This document shows, in pieces, positions 46,772 through 55,228 of a DNA stretch of 64,000 nucleotides. The first letter of the stretch is position 1, and every line of letters starts with the position of its first letter. The position numbers were made by a program, and so were the translations under genes. The notes beneath the pieces are model-generated. The model saw nothing but the letters and a program-made list of their open reading frames with translations, had not been told where the DNA came from and searched no databases. Location: the IMG/VR virus record IMGVR_UViG_3300049215_000771, positions 186,001 through 250,000 of that record; one strand, written 5' to 3'.

Positions 46772-47164
46772 ATGGGCATCCGTCTCTACCCGAACACGAA
46801 GAACGTCGCCTCCCTGGAAACCATCTGCGGCGTGCCCGCTGGCACGGCTGCCCGCCTGGAGGCCGTGGAAGCCCGCCACGCCGAAGAGTTGAAGCCGCTG
46901 GCCGGCAAAGCCCCCTGGGAGCGCCAGGACGTTGAATATCGCCAGTGGTGCGAAATCAACGATGATGCGGCGCTGGGCGATTACCACGCCTTCCTGTTGT
47001 ACGGTTGGGGCAAATTCAACGACCCGCACGGCGTTACGGTGCGGGACGGCGAGCGCACCTGTTCGGGAAGCGTCAGCGATCCCGTCAAGGTCGTGCTGCT
47101 GTTGCGACCGAACGGGCTGGACGAAACGCACCTGGCCCTGATGGAAGGGGTTCACTGGTGCTGA
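46772..47164 (+). CDS. hypothetical protein
   Basis: GAGG SD after motif A half. Confidence 0.7.
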   Translation: MGIRLYPNTKNVASLETICGVPAGTAARLEAVEARHAEELKPLAGKAPWERQDVEYRQWCEINDDAALGDYHAFLLYGWGKFNDPHGVTVRDGERTCSGSVSDPVKVVLLLRPNGLDETHLALMEGVHWC

Positions 47165-47273
47165 GTCACCAGGCCGCAGGGGGCTTCAACCCCCTGCGGC
47201 TTTTTTAGTCCGACTTCTTTAGACCATTGTACCCTAGTGGTTGTCGCCCGACACCTTCAACCCGGAGAGTTCG

Positions 47274-47618
47274 ATGAAGCGTTTCACCCTGTCCGCCCTC
47301 GCCCTGCTCGCCATCGCCATCGCCGCCGTCCTGTTCTTCGTCAAGCCGCTCGGCAACAACAGCGCCAGCGCTCAGTCGCCCGTCGTGGCGCAGCCGCTCG
47401 TTGCCAACACCAGCGCCACCACGAGCGCCACGCCGATCACGCCGGCGCAGTATCATGCCCAGCGGATCGCCCAGCAGCAAGCCGCCGCAGCGCAACAGCG
47501 TATCATCGGCCTGCAACGGGCGCAGATTCGCAACGCCCAGCAGCAAGAGGCGCAACAGCGCTTCTTGAACTATCGCTGGGCATTGCAACAGCAGCGCTTG
47601 CAACGTGGTCAACCATGA
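47274..47618 (+). CDS. secreted/membrane-anchored Gln-rich protein
   Basis: N-terminal signal/TM segment. Confidence 0.6.
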   Translation: MKRFTLSALALLAIAIAAVLFFVKPLGNNSASAQSPVVAQPLVANTSATTSATPITPAQYHAQRIAQQQAAAAQQRIIGLQRAQIRNAQQQEAQQRFLNYRWALQQQRLQRGQP

Positions 47619-47627
47619 TGCAATGAT

Positions 47628-47662
47628 AAGCGCTCAGCGCCATGCAAAGGCGCTGAGCGCTT
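47628..47662. terminator. 14-bp inverted repeat at convergent block boundary
   Basis: AAGCGCTCAGCGCC-N7-GGCGCTGAGCGCTT. Confidence 0.75.
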
Positions 47663-47875
47663 TAGACTTTGGCTGTTGCAAAACTAACAATCAAACAATT
47701 CCGATGCAAAAAGTTTAGACCTTAGTATCATCCCCGGCCCCCGTATACGCAATGACGGCCCATCTTCTTATTTGTTGCAAAGATTTTCCGGCCCGCCAGG
47801 GAAAATGATTGCCAAGGGGCCAAAATTCTCGATTTTGCGGCTTTGCAAAAATACAGCCGGCGATATTTTTCTGGC

Positions 47876-48637
47876 CTACAGGGATTCGAGGTAGTCGGCG
47901 AAGGTCCGCAATCGAGGCCACAAGAAAGGATTGAACAACATGCTCCCCACCGCCACATGATCGGCCCCGGCCCGAACATAATCCTTCACGTCCTGCAAAC
48001 ACGTCACCCCGCCACCCCCGATCAACGTCACTCGCCTGCCAAACTTGGCCCGGAAATTCTCGACAGCTACCAACGAAATTTTCTTCAGGGGCTTGCCGGA
48101 CTTCCCGCCCGCCTCACAAGGGATCGTGTTGCACAGATGGAAATAGCGAATGCCCTGGTCGAATAATGCCACCCCATCTTCCACAGGGCTGACCGGCGAC
48201 AACTTGGCAATGATCGTCTGCTTGAATCCATTGATGGTTCGGATGGGTAGATGATGAACTTTCTCGACAGCAGTGATGTTGGGACAAGAAAGATTCAACT
48301 CCACAGGCACATCCAACAACTTCGCCGTTTCCAACAAGTGAACCCACTCGTTGATGTTGAACCCGTGAATGCTCAAAATGCAGTCTTCAGGAACTCGATG
48401 CGTCCACAGGCCATAGTACCAGTGCTTCTTCCACAGGGAATGGATGCCGGGATTGGGCAGGCCCAGCTTGTTGACCCAGGACTGTTCCTGGAAGTTATAA
48501 CGAACGGTCGTGAGAATTTTCCAGACCCGCCACCAGAACCCACCACGATTCTGAACGGTATAAGTTCCCAGCGTTGGCGTGGCGTGACGGAAATGCAAGT
48601 AGTTGCCGAAGGGCGCAGACACGATCAGTTTCTTCAT
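47876..48637 (-). CDS. pyrD: dihydroorotate dehydrogenase-like FMN oxidoreductase
   Basis: N..GL.NPG; LN.SCPN; KLSP; NT...GG.SG.PL; IG.GGV......GAD.V.VGS. Confidence 0.8.
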   Translation of the reverse strand: MKKLIVSAPFGNYLHFRHATPTLGTYTVQNRGGFWWRVWKILTTVRYNFQEQSWVNKLGLPNPGIHSLWKKHWYYGLWTHRVPEDCILSIHGFNINEWVHLLETAKLLDVPVELNLSCPNITAVEKVHHLPIRTINGFKQTIIAKLSPVSPVEDGVALFDQGIRYFHLCNTIPCEAGGKSGKPLKKISLVAVENFRAKFGRRVTLIGGGGVTCLQDVKDYVRAGADHVAVGSMLFNPFLWPRLRTFADYLESL

Positions 48638-48721
48638 GGCATCCTCCTTACCCAAGGATACCAAAACCAAGACTAAATACAAGCAGTTCTAACACTGCTT
48701 TCAGCAGAAAGGAGTCTGCGC

Positions 48722-49129
48722 ATGAGATGTTTTGCGTTTGCCCTTGCGCTTCTCGTGGCTTTATGTCATGGATGCGCCAACGAAACCCCAACGCCCGTCA
48801 TGGCTCCAGAAGCCGTTGAATCTTTGGATGAGGTTAATGCGGTGCGTGCCAAGCGAGGGCTTCCTCCCTTCATCAAAGATGAAGGTTTGACGGAAGGCGC
48901 TTTGAAAATTGCTCCCTACCGAGCCGAGCGTTTGATCGCCGGCCACACCAGCAATGACTTCGCTTTCTTGCCCAAGGGCGTTGAAGCGTCAGCAGCAGGG
49001 TGTGCCGCCTGGACACCGGATTGGGGTTGGGGTGCTTGTTGTACCTATGATCGCTACAAGTACGCTGGTGCGGCCTGGGCGATGGGCCGGGATGGAAGGC
49101 GCTACATGCACCTATTTGTCAGGCGTTGA
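48722..49129 (+). CDS. planctomycete-type CAP-like lipoprotein
   Basis: lipobox CHGC; L.EVN..RA.RGL.PF..D..L...A. Confidence 0.65.
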   Translation: MRCFAFALALLVALCHGCANETPTPVMAPEAVESLDEVNAVRAKRGLPPFIKDEGLTEGALKIAPYRAERLIAGHTSNDFAFLPKGVEASAAGCAAWTPDWGWGACCTYDRYKYAGAAWAMGRDGRRYMHLFVRR

Positions 49130-49648
49130 TTCGTTGAGATAATGGTCAACCCTTGTCTCGGCGATGGGAAGATACTCGATGTCTTCCCTCCAGTCGTAAT
49201 CGCAGCCCTCGTATTTGAGGGGAATCTCCTCCGAGGGCTGCCCTTCCATATACACTGCCTCGTGCATGAAAGCCATCTCCCGGTCAATCCCCACGGTTTG
49301 CCAATTGTACAAATCCAATGCCGACACCTGGTCCCCCGGCTTGTATCTCACTCCCCTTGTCGCCCGGAGGAAGTCGTGCATTCCAGCTTTTTCTTCTGCT
49401 TCATTCATCCACATGGCACCATGCTCCGTGTCCGGCCAGCCCGTGTCCGATGAGTCATCTCGACGTTCGTACTCCTCATACAACTCACGGTAGTAAATTG
49501 TGCTGTAGGGGCGTCCGGCACTATCACGAAAATTGGTTTTGTTCGGCCCACAATAGTTGTAGGCGTTACGCTTGTCCTTGTCCCGTAGCTTCCACAACGC
49601 AGCTTGTTCCGGCTGCTGGAGCCATTCCTGGTAATCGTTCCAATTCAT
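49112..49648 (-). CDS. hypothetical protein (F(M/A)H paralogue family)
   Basis: EMAFMHEAVY ... RVDHYL. Confidence 0.65.
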   Translation of the reverse strand: MNWNDYQEWLQQPEQAALWKLRDKDKRNAYNYCGPNKTNFRDSAGRPYSTIYYRELYEEYERRDDSSDTGWPDTEHGAMWMNEAEEKAGMHDFLRATRGVRYKPGDQVSALDLYNWQTVGIDREMAFMHEAVYMEGQPSEEIPLKYEGCDYDWREDIEYLPIAETRVDHYLNESTPDK

Positions 49649-49976
49649 CTTGCTTTGCCTCCAAAGTTTTAACTCTGGCTTGCAGGTCTTTCACAATCTC
49701 CCATACCCTTTCAAGTTCGGGCACCACTTCCTTCTTCATCTGATCCCAAACATCCACATTCTCGATCTTCTCATTATCCGAGTAGATAACATCGTGCATG
49801 AACATCATCTCAGGCGGCAGTTCGCACACTTCTGAGTTGTAGGGAAATGGCTGCCCGACAATCGGAATGCGTTCGATGAAACGCCTGACCCGTTCTTCCG
49901 GCGAAACTTCATAGAAGAATTCCTCGCCAACGTCCTCATCTTCGCTCTCAACCCTTAGTTTTTCTGTTGTGTCCAT
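49566..49976 (-). CDS. hypothetical protein (F(M/A)H paralogue family)
   Basis: CELPPEMMFMHDVIY. Confidence 0.6.
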   Translation of the reverse strand: MDTTEKLRVESEDEDVGEEFFYEVSPEERVRRFIERIPIVGQPFPYNSEVCELPPEMMFMHDVIYSDNEKIENVDVWDQMKKEVVPELERVWEIVKDLQARVKTLEAKQDELERLPGMAPAAGTSCVVEATGQGQA

Positions 49977-49981
49977 GAAAA

Positions 49982-51232
49982 TCACCAACCCCGCCCGCCT
50001 CTCGATACTAAGTTAGAAACGTAGACCGAAACTTTCGATAGGTCAACACTAGGCTCGAACTTGATCGACGTACCGTAATGATTGCCCCCAGGAACCATGT
50101 AAGTAAGCGATACATAAGTTTTTGTTTTCTTCACGTCAATCTTCGCCCCACTTTGCGCCGCCAACTTGCCCACCCCAGGTGCCTCCGATGTACCAAAATC
50201 TTTCCCAATGGCACCACTCCAGCCGGGTTCCCCAATGTTCCTAACTAACATCCGATAGGCTGGCAAAGTTTCAGCCCCACCCGTAACCAACAATTCCAAC
50301 AATTTTGCGAAACGACGTGGGCCGGCATTTCTACGGGCAGCTTTCTCGAACATAGAGAGGACGAGTTCAGGTCTTTCCGAATCTTCGTAGAGAGGGTTAG
50401 TGAGAATGTCCTTGAGTGCCTTGATGTTTTTACCTCCCAACAGGGCGTAGGATTTGCCGAGGCCGAAGCTGCGCACTTCGATCTGTGTCTCGGTGACGGC
50501 CTTGAGAGAGAAGCCCAGGGAGGAGCGGTCGGCCCCTGCTGCGGAGGAGCAAATGAGGCGCAGGTCGGCGGTGTCGGATTTGAGTTTACCGGCTCCAGCG
50601 CCCCAGCCTGCCCCACCCAGGAACTCGATGGAGTCGATGATGCAGGCCCGAATCAAGGCCGAAGATTTCTGGAAGATCAACTCGCCCATACCTCCACTGC
50701 CACCGCCCGCATGAATCCTGATGAATTCACAAACCAACTTGCCGAGATTGGGGTCTTTCAACTTGGTGGCAATCTCCCCTTCCAGGCGAGTTTTTTCCGC
50801 CGTGGCCGAGGCCAGATTCATGGTGCCGACAGGACTCAATTTGTGGGTGTTCAGAAGATACAAAAACACTTCAATCTCGAACAGGAGGCCCATCTCCTTG
50901 CCCACGACGGAAGGCAGAGATTTCTTGCCTGCATCCATCGCCTTCTCAAACGACGCCTTCTCCGCAGGCTTCCAGTGTCCGATCTGGCCAGCAATGGCTC
51001 CCGTCGCTGCCGGTCCCTTCCAACCCTTCTGTGTGATTTCTACCAAATCTCCGGGATGGACGACGCTGGCCGCAAGACGCATGGGAGTAGGCGCTGCCAT
51101 CTCGTCGGCGATCTTGGGGAAGGTAATACTCACATACCCCTCTCCTGTCGAGAAACGTACCCCTTGTTTGAGCCGGGTCACAAATGGCATTAGCTCCGCA
51201 TCAACACCAACAAATTCTTTGAATTGAAACAT
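49982..51232 (-). CDS. putative virion protein
   Basis: CTAAATA-N5-ATG; MFQFKEFV. Confidence 0.65.
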   Translation of the reverse strand: MFQFKEFVGVDAELMPFVTRLKQGVRFSTGEGYVSITFPKIADEMAAPTPMRLAASVVHPGDLVEITQKGWKGPAATGAIAGQIGHWKPAEKASFEKAMDAGKKSLPSVVGKEMGLLFEIEVFLYLLNTHKLSPVGTMNLASATAEKTRLEGEIATKLKDPNLGKLVCEFIRIHAGGGSGGMGELIFQKSSALIRACIIDSIEFLGGAGWGAGAGKLKSDTADLRLICSSAAGADRSSLGFSLKAVTETQIEVRSFGLGKSYALLGGKNIKALKDILTNPLYEDSERPELVLSMFEKAARRNAGPRRFAKLLELLVTGGAETLPAYRMLVRNIGEPGWSGAIGKDFGTSEAPGVGKLAAQSGAKIDVKKTKTYVSLTYMVPGGNHYGTSIKFEPSVDLSKVSVYVSNLVSRGGRGW

Positions 51233-51240
51233 GCAGATAT

Positions 51241-51690
51241 TTAGCACAAGCACGAAATCTTCTTGGAGTTCTTCAGGTAATCATCCACCCGGTTATCCAT
51301 GTTGCCACGGGCCACAATGTTCCGGTCGGCCTCAACCTCGTCCCACCAGTTCTCCCGATACTCCGGGAACGATAAATCAACATCTTCTACGGGTTCATCC
51401 TCCGGGAAGATCGCCTCGTGCGCAAACATCAAGTCGGGAGGCAACTCGCAATACTTTGGATCGTATGCCAACGACTTGCGGATCGGTTCTTCATTTTTTA
51501 CGTCCGGCCCCACAATCCCAAAGTAAGAAGGACAATCTTTCCATAACTTCTTCTGCTCAGGTTCGTTCAACCAGCGAGCAAACTCCTCGTCACTCATTAC
51601 TTCAAGCCAGTGACGAAACTCCGCTATGTTCTCAGGATTCAATGACTGCGTGACACACATATTGAACATGCCAGGAACACAAAATGCCAT
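51241..51690 (-). CDS. hypothetical protein (F(M/A)H paralogue family)
   Basis: CELPPDLMFAHEAIF ... RVDDYL. Confidence 0.65.
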   Translation of the reverse strand: MAFCVPGMFNMCVTQSLNPENIAEFRHWLEVMSDEEFARWLNEPEQKKLWKDCPSYFGIVGPDVKNEEPIRKSLAYDPKYCELPPDLMFAHEAIFPEDEPVEDVDLSFPEYRENWWDEVEADRNIVARGNMDNRVDDYLKNSKKISCLC

Positions 51691-51711
51691 AACTACCTCC
51701 TACATAATCAC

Positions 51712-52167
51712 ATGAACTTCAAACATTGGCTACACACCGAAGAAGCCCAACCTATCCAGCCCGCACAAGTTCAACAAATTCTTTCTGCGCATCGTGGACC
51801 CCTCAATACAGGGAATATCAGAACCGACCTCCTGGTAAGTGCCGCCAACCGAGGCGAACACATTATGTTCGATCAAGACTTCCCAATCACAAACATCGGA
51901 CGGCGCATCCAAGGGTATGATATGAATCATGTCATGACAATGATAAACACCATCTTCAAAACCATCGGCCTGCCCGCCATCCAAGATCGTACCCAAATCC
52001 AACCCCAAACAATCCAACCTCATATCGAACAAATCAAAGAAGCCCTGCCGCCCCTCATCGTGTCCCTCATGCCCGATGAATCGTACCACCTGGATGATGG
52101 CAACCATCGCCTGGGTGTCGCTAGAACTCTTGGCCTCCAAACCGTCAAAGCCTTCATCATTCAATAA
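51712..52167 (+). CDS. ParB/sulfiredoxin-like domain protein, putative virion protein
   Basis: PP.IV......Y...DGNHR..A...G...V.A; CTACATA-N5-ATG; MNFKHWLHTEE. Confidence 0.7.
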   Translation: MNFKHWLHTEEAQPIQPAQVQQILSAHRGPLNTGNIRTDLLVSAANRGEHIMFDQDFPITNIGRRIQGYDMNHVMTMINTIFKTIGLPAIQDRTQIQPQTIQPHIEQIKEALPPLIVSLMPDESYHLDDGNHRLGVARTLGLQTVKAFIIQ

Positions 52168-52621
52168 GATCAATCAACCACGGATCGTCAATACTACGGT
52201 ATTTATGCTGTTTGGAAAGATTTTTACCAGGTTCCAGTACAGCTTCGATTTGAACGAGTTTGTAGGAGGAGCCGACCTGGAGGATGCCCTGGTCGTCCAC
52301 TCGTCCGTTGCCGACGCCGACCATTTTGAAGCCAACGCCGTTGGGGTTATAGTTGAGGACGGACTGAAGGGTTTGGCCTGCGGGGGTGGAGAGGATTTTA
52401 ACTTCGGCCATGAGTTTATCGTCATCCATCCACAATTTTTCGATGGAGTGGGAGACATTGGTGAAGTGGATGATGGAATCCGTAACGGGGCCGAGTTCGC
52501 ACAACATGCCCCGGCCATCAATGATAGGTTTGAGCCGATCCACCTGTGCCTGGAGAAGTTCCTTGCTATAAACACGATTGGTCGGCGTTACCTTATCAGC
52601 GACACAAACAGTAACGATCAT
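52157..52621 (-). CDS. T4 gp21-like prohead protease paralogue, probably inactive
   Basis: N.RVY....L ... EL ... VSH.I..L ... KIL.TP.G; catalytic SSRG replaced by KMVG; ends YRSIDDPW. Confidence 0.7.
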   Translation of the reverse strand: MIVTVCVADKVTPTNRVYSKELLQAQVDRLKPIIDGRGMLCELGPVTDSIIHFTNVSHSIEKLWMDDDKLMAEVKILSTPAGQTLQSVLNYNPNGVGFKMVGVGNGRVDDQGILQVGSSYKLVQIEAVLEPGKNLSKQHKYRSIDDPWLIDLIE

Positions 52622-52630
52622 ACGCACTCC

Positions 52631-53038
52631 TTATGTACTGTCACGCAGATAGCGTTTTACTTTCTCCGTGGCGGGCAATCTATCATCGTACTGGCGAAGG
52701 TAATCGTTGTCATCCAGGACCGGGATGTAATACTCATCATTTTTGCCCCAACGTGCCCCTTCTTCCTTGGCAGAAAATGTCGTGTCCCACGAGGAATTGT
52801 CCCCGGAATCGAACACGGCATTGTGCATGAACAAGGTTTCGGCGGCGAAGGGCAACTCACCTGTTTGCAGGGACTTCAGCAGCGCCTCCTTCACTTCCAG
52901 ACAGTACGCATCCGTGTCGAACATCCGTTGGTCCTCCCGAATCCAGGTTTTGGGTCGGCCCGGCTTGTTGTCCATCTGGTATGGAGGTTTGCTGTAGTCC
53001 GACTCCTTCACTTCCTGGATGTATTTCTCTTCCGCCAT
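52631..53038 (-). CDS. hypothetical protein (F(M/A)H paralogue family)
   Basis: ELPFAAETLFMHNAVF ... KVKRYL. Confidence 0.6.
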   Translation of the reverse strand: MAEEKYIQEVKESDYSKPPYQMDNKPGRPKTWIREDQRMFDTDAYCLEVKEALLKSLQTGELPFAAETLFMHNAVFDSGDNSSWDTTFSAKEEGARWGKNDEYYIPVLDDNDYLRQYDDRLPATEKVKRYLRDST

Positions 53039-53669
53039 CTTCCCCTCCTAACATCACCCCAATTTCTTCTGGCGGCAACATGGTAACAATGGTAGCAATC
53101 TGGCCCAAGTCCAATGGCTCGCCCGGCTCTTCTTCCGTCCCCAAACTGTCGTAGTAGGCACGAGCCGCCGCACACGAAGCATACAACTCCGGTTCGTTCA
53201 AACCTACACAAGCACAAGCCGCATGACCCGGCCCGACATAATCCAAAAACATCTGCTCCAACAACTCCTCCGCTAACTGCTGCGCCCGCTCCTGACTCCG
53301 ATCCCGGCCCCGCAACCACCCCAATCCCCACTCGGAGAACATCTGGTTGGTCACAGTGTTCAAGGCGCAAACAATTCCAAAGGCTTGTCGCTGTGCCAAG
53401 GTCGGAACAACAACTTCTACCTCCTGAAGCAACTTCATCTCCTTGGAAACAAACCGATAATCGTATTTCAACTTGTCGGCCCCAAGTTCGGCCAGCCAAA
53501 CACGGGGATTCTTGTACTGGTCCGTGCCCGGATTCATCAGCAGGGCAACCAAAGGGTGGTCATAACAAAGAAACCAGTAGTTTGGATTCTCCTCCGTGAA
53601 AGAAGTCCCCACCGCCCACTGGCGACCGAGCCAGTCCTTGCCGTCGCTATTCGTTGTGAAGTAGTACAT
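52857..53669 (-). CDS. conserved phage hypothetical protein
   Basis: HPL.A...NP ... Q...F.I.CA ... W...WL.G.DRS; 3' end overlaps next gene. Confidence 0.6.
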   Translation of the reverse strand: MYYFTTNSDGKDWLGRQWAVGTSFTEENPNYWFLCYDHPLVALLMNPGTDQYKNPRVWLAELGADKLKYDYRFVSKEMKLLQEVEVVVPTLAQRQAFGIVCALNTVTNQMFSEWGLGWLRGRDRSQERAQQLAEELLEQMFLDYVGPGHAACACVGLNEPELYASCAAARAYYDSLGTEEEPGEPLDLGQIATIVTMLPPEEIGVMLGGEDGGREIHPGSEGVGLQQTSIPDGQQAGPTQNLDSGGPTDVRHGCVLSGSEGGAAEVPANR

Positions 53670-53689
53670 ATCGCATTATACATACCTGC

Positions 53690-54337
53690 ATGAAAAAATA
53701 TCTTGCCTCCATCTTGTTTGTCGCCGCTCTCCTGGCCCTTATCATCGGTCGTGCCTTCATCGACACCACCCACCCCGACGCCTACGAAAATCAAGGCTTT
53801 GAATTCATCGCCCAACCCGACAACATCACCTGCGGCCCCACCAGCACCACCATGCTGCTCAAATACTACGGCAAAGATGTTACCATCGCCCAGGTCGAGA
53901 AAGAAACCCGCACCAAATGGTTTCACTGGAAAGGAGAAGACATCGGTATGACCGCCCCGGAATATGTAGAAATCGCCCTCCGTCGCTTTGGCGTCCCCGC
54001 CAAAATGCAACGAGGTAGTTTCAACAACCTCAAACATTATGTTTCCCAGGGCCGTCCCGTCATCGTCAACGTCCGCTCCGGGCAAACTACCTGGCATTAC
54101 GTCGTTGTCATCGGCTACACTAACGATCAAGTTATCTTGGCTGATCCCGGCGATGGCGCTCGGATCACCATCTCCGCTGAGAATTTCCTTGGTTGTTGGT
54201 CGTTCCAGACAGATATGGATGGAACTGTTTGCGGGCATTCTGATCCGCTGTGGGGGCGAGTCGATCCACTCAAAGATTTGCTGTGGGCTGGTGAAGTGTA
54301 CCCCTACACCATGATCGTACCGGAAAGGAAGAAATGA
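53690..54337 (+). CDS. C39-like cysteine peptidase, membrane anchored
   Basis: Q.....CGPTS..MLL.YYG; HYVVV.GY; L.DP. Confidence 0.8.
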   Translation: MKKYLASILFVAALLALIIGRAFIDTTHPDAYENQGFEFIAQPDNITCGPTSTTMLLKYYGKDVTIAQVEKETRTKWFHWKGEDIGMTAPEYVEIALRRFGVPAKMQRGSFNNLKHYVSQGRPVIVNVRSGQTTWHYVVVIGYTNDQVILADPGDGARITISAENFLGCWSFQTDMDGTVCGHSDPLWGRVDPLKDLLWAGEVYPYTMIVPERKK

Positions 54338-54352
54338 CCACTATATACCAGC

Positions 54353-55228
54353 ATGAGGAAAGAATGGATTCTTATCCTGGTTCTGGTTCTCGGTATTGGA
54401 TTCGCCTACCAGCACAAGATGAAGCAAAGGCAAACCCAAGTACCGCCCGCCCAGGTTCCGCCTGTACCGACACTGCCAGTCCAGCCCCCAACAAACCCTA
54501 CACCCCCACAACCACCCAGCCGCCCGCCTGTCGTTGTAGACATCATCAACTGGCCCGCCGTGCGCCAGGTCAGTCCTGATGGTATTGGCAGCGTCCTGGC
54601 CGATATAGACAGCCATATGCCTGCGGGCCATCAATATCGGGCTGCCAACAAGATTACCTGGGCACACGAAACCACGCACGGTATCAACGCCAATATCCGA
54701 AACAAACACTTCCAAAGTGGCCGGAAAGTCAACGCTTTCTACGTCCTCCAGAACCGAGCCATCGTGGTGGAGGAACCCAAAACCACCATCGCTGCCGTTG
54801 CCAACAATGTGCCGCAGTCCTGGAAGGGAACTTGCTACCAACTCTACTTGGTTCAGCAAAGGAGTGGCTGGAACAATGAACCTCTCTACCTGTGTGATGA
54901 ATGGGTTGCGTACACAAATGGGGCCGCTTGTAGGAAAGATTTGAACATGGAGGACGGGGCCAGTGAGATGGAATTTACTTGCGAGTTCACGGGCTATGTG
55001 CTGTCCCTGACTTATACCATCAAGCAAAATTGTCCGAATTACGACGACAAGCAGTTCAAGGCGTTCGTGATGTGGAGTGTAGAAAGGACAATGCAGATAT
55101 ACAACAACGAAAGTGGGGCTAATACCCGCCTGACAGCTATCCGTACAGCCCCGGATGGCGAGACTATTAGACAATTCGCCCGTTCCTATTTCGGTACGGA
55201 TTGGTGTAAGGAAGTATTGGGATTCTAG
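54353..55228 (+). CDS. membrane-anchored HExxH metalloprotein
   Basis: TM segment, Pro linker, WAHETTHG. Confidence 0.65.
   Translation: MRKEWILILVLVLGIGFAYQHKMKQRQTQVPPAQVPPVPTLPVQPPTNPTPPQPPSRPPVVVDIINWPAVRQVSPDGIGSVLADIDSHMPAGHQYRAANKITWAHETTHGINANIRNKHFQSGRKVNAFYVLQNRAIVVEEPKTTIAAVANNVPQSWKGTCYQLYLVQQRSGWNNEPLYLCDEWVAYTNGAACRKDLNMEDGASEMEFTCEFTGYVLSLTYTIKQNCPNYDDKQFKAFVMWSVERTMQIYNNESGANTRLTAIRTAPDGETIRQFARSYFGTDWCKEVLGF

Larger units (their letters stand above)
27273..47233 (+). repeat. motif A family: GGTACAA(A/T)-N22-24-(T/A)TTGTACC(CT), about 13 full copies plus about 9 right-half copies
   Basis: full copies at 27273, 28719, 30493, 32468, 34016, 37831, 40204, 42941, 43625, 44974, 45329, 45788 (plus degenerate 27425); half copies near 37709, 38804, 39724, 41347, 42186, 44559, 46719, 47226. 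Confidence 0.9.

Noticed and set aside
27273-47233. Motif A/B repeats as a CRISPR array
   Set aside because: The intervals are whole genes of 150-1600 bp and irregular, the repeats are degenerate, and no cas genes are present.
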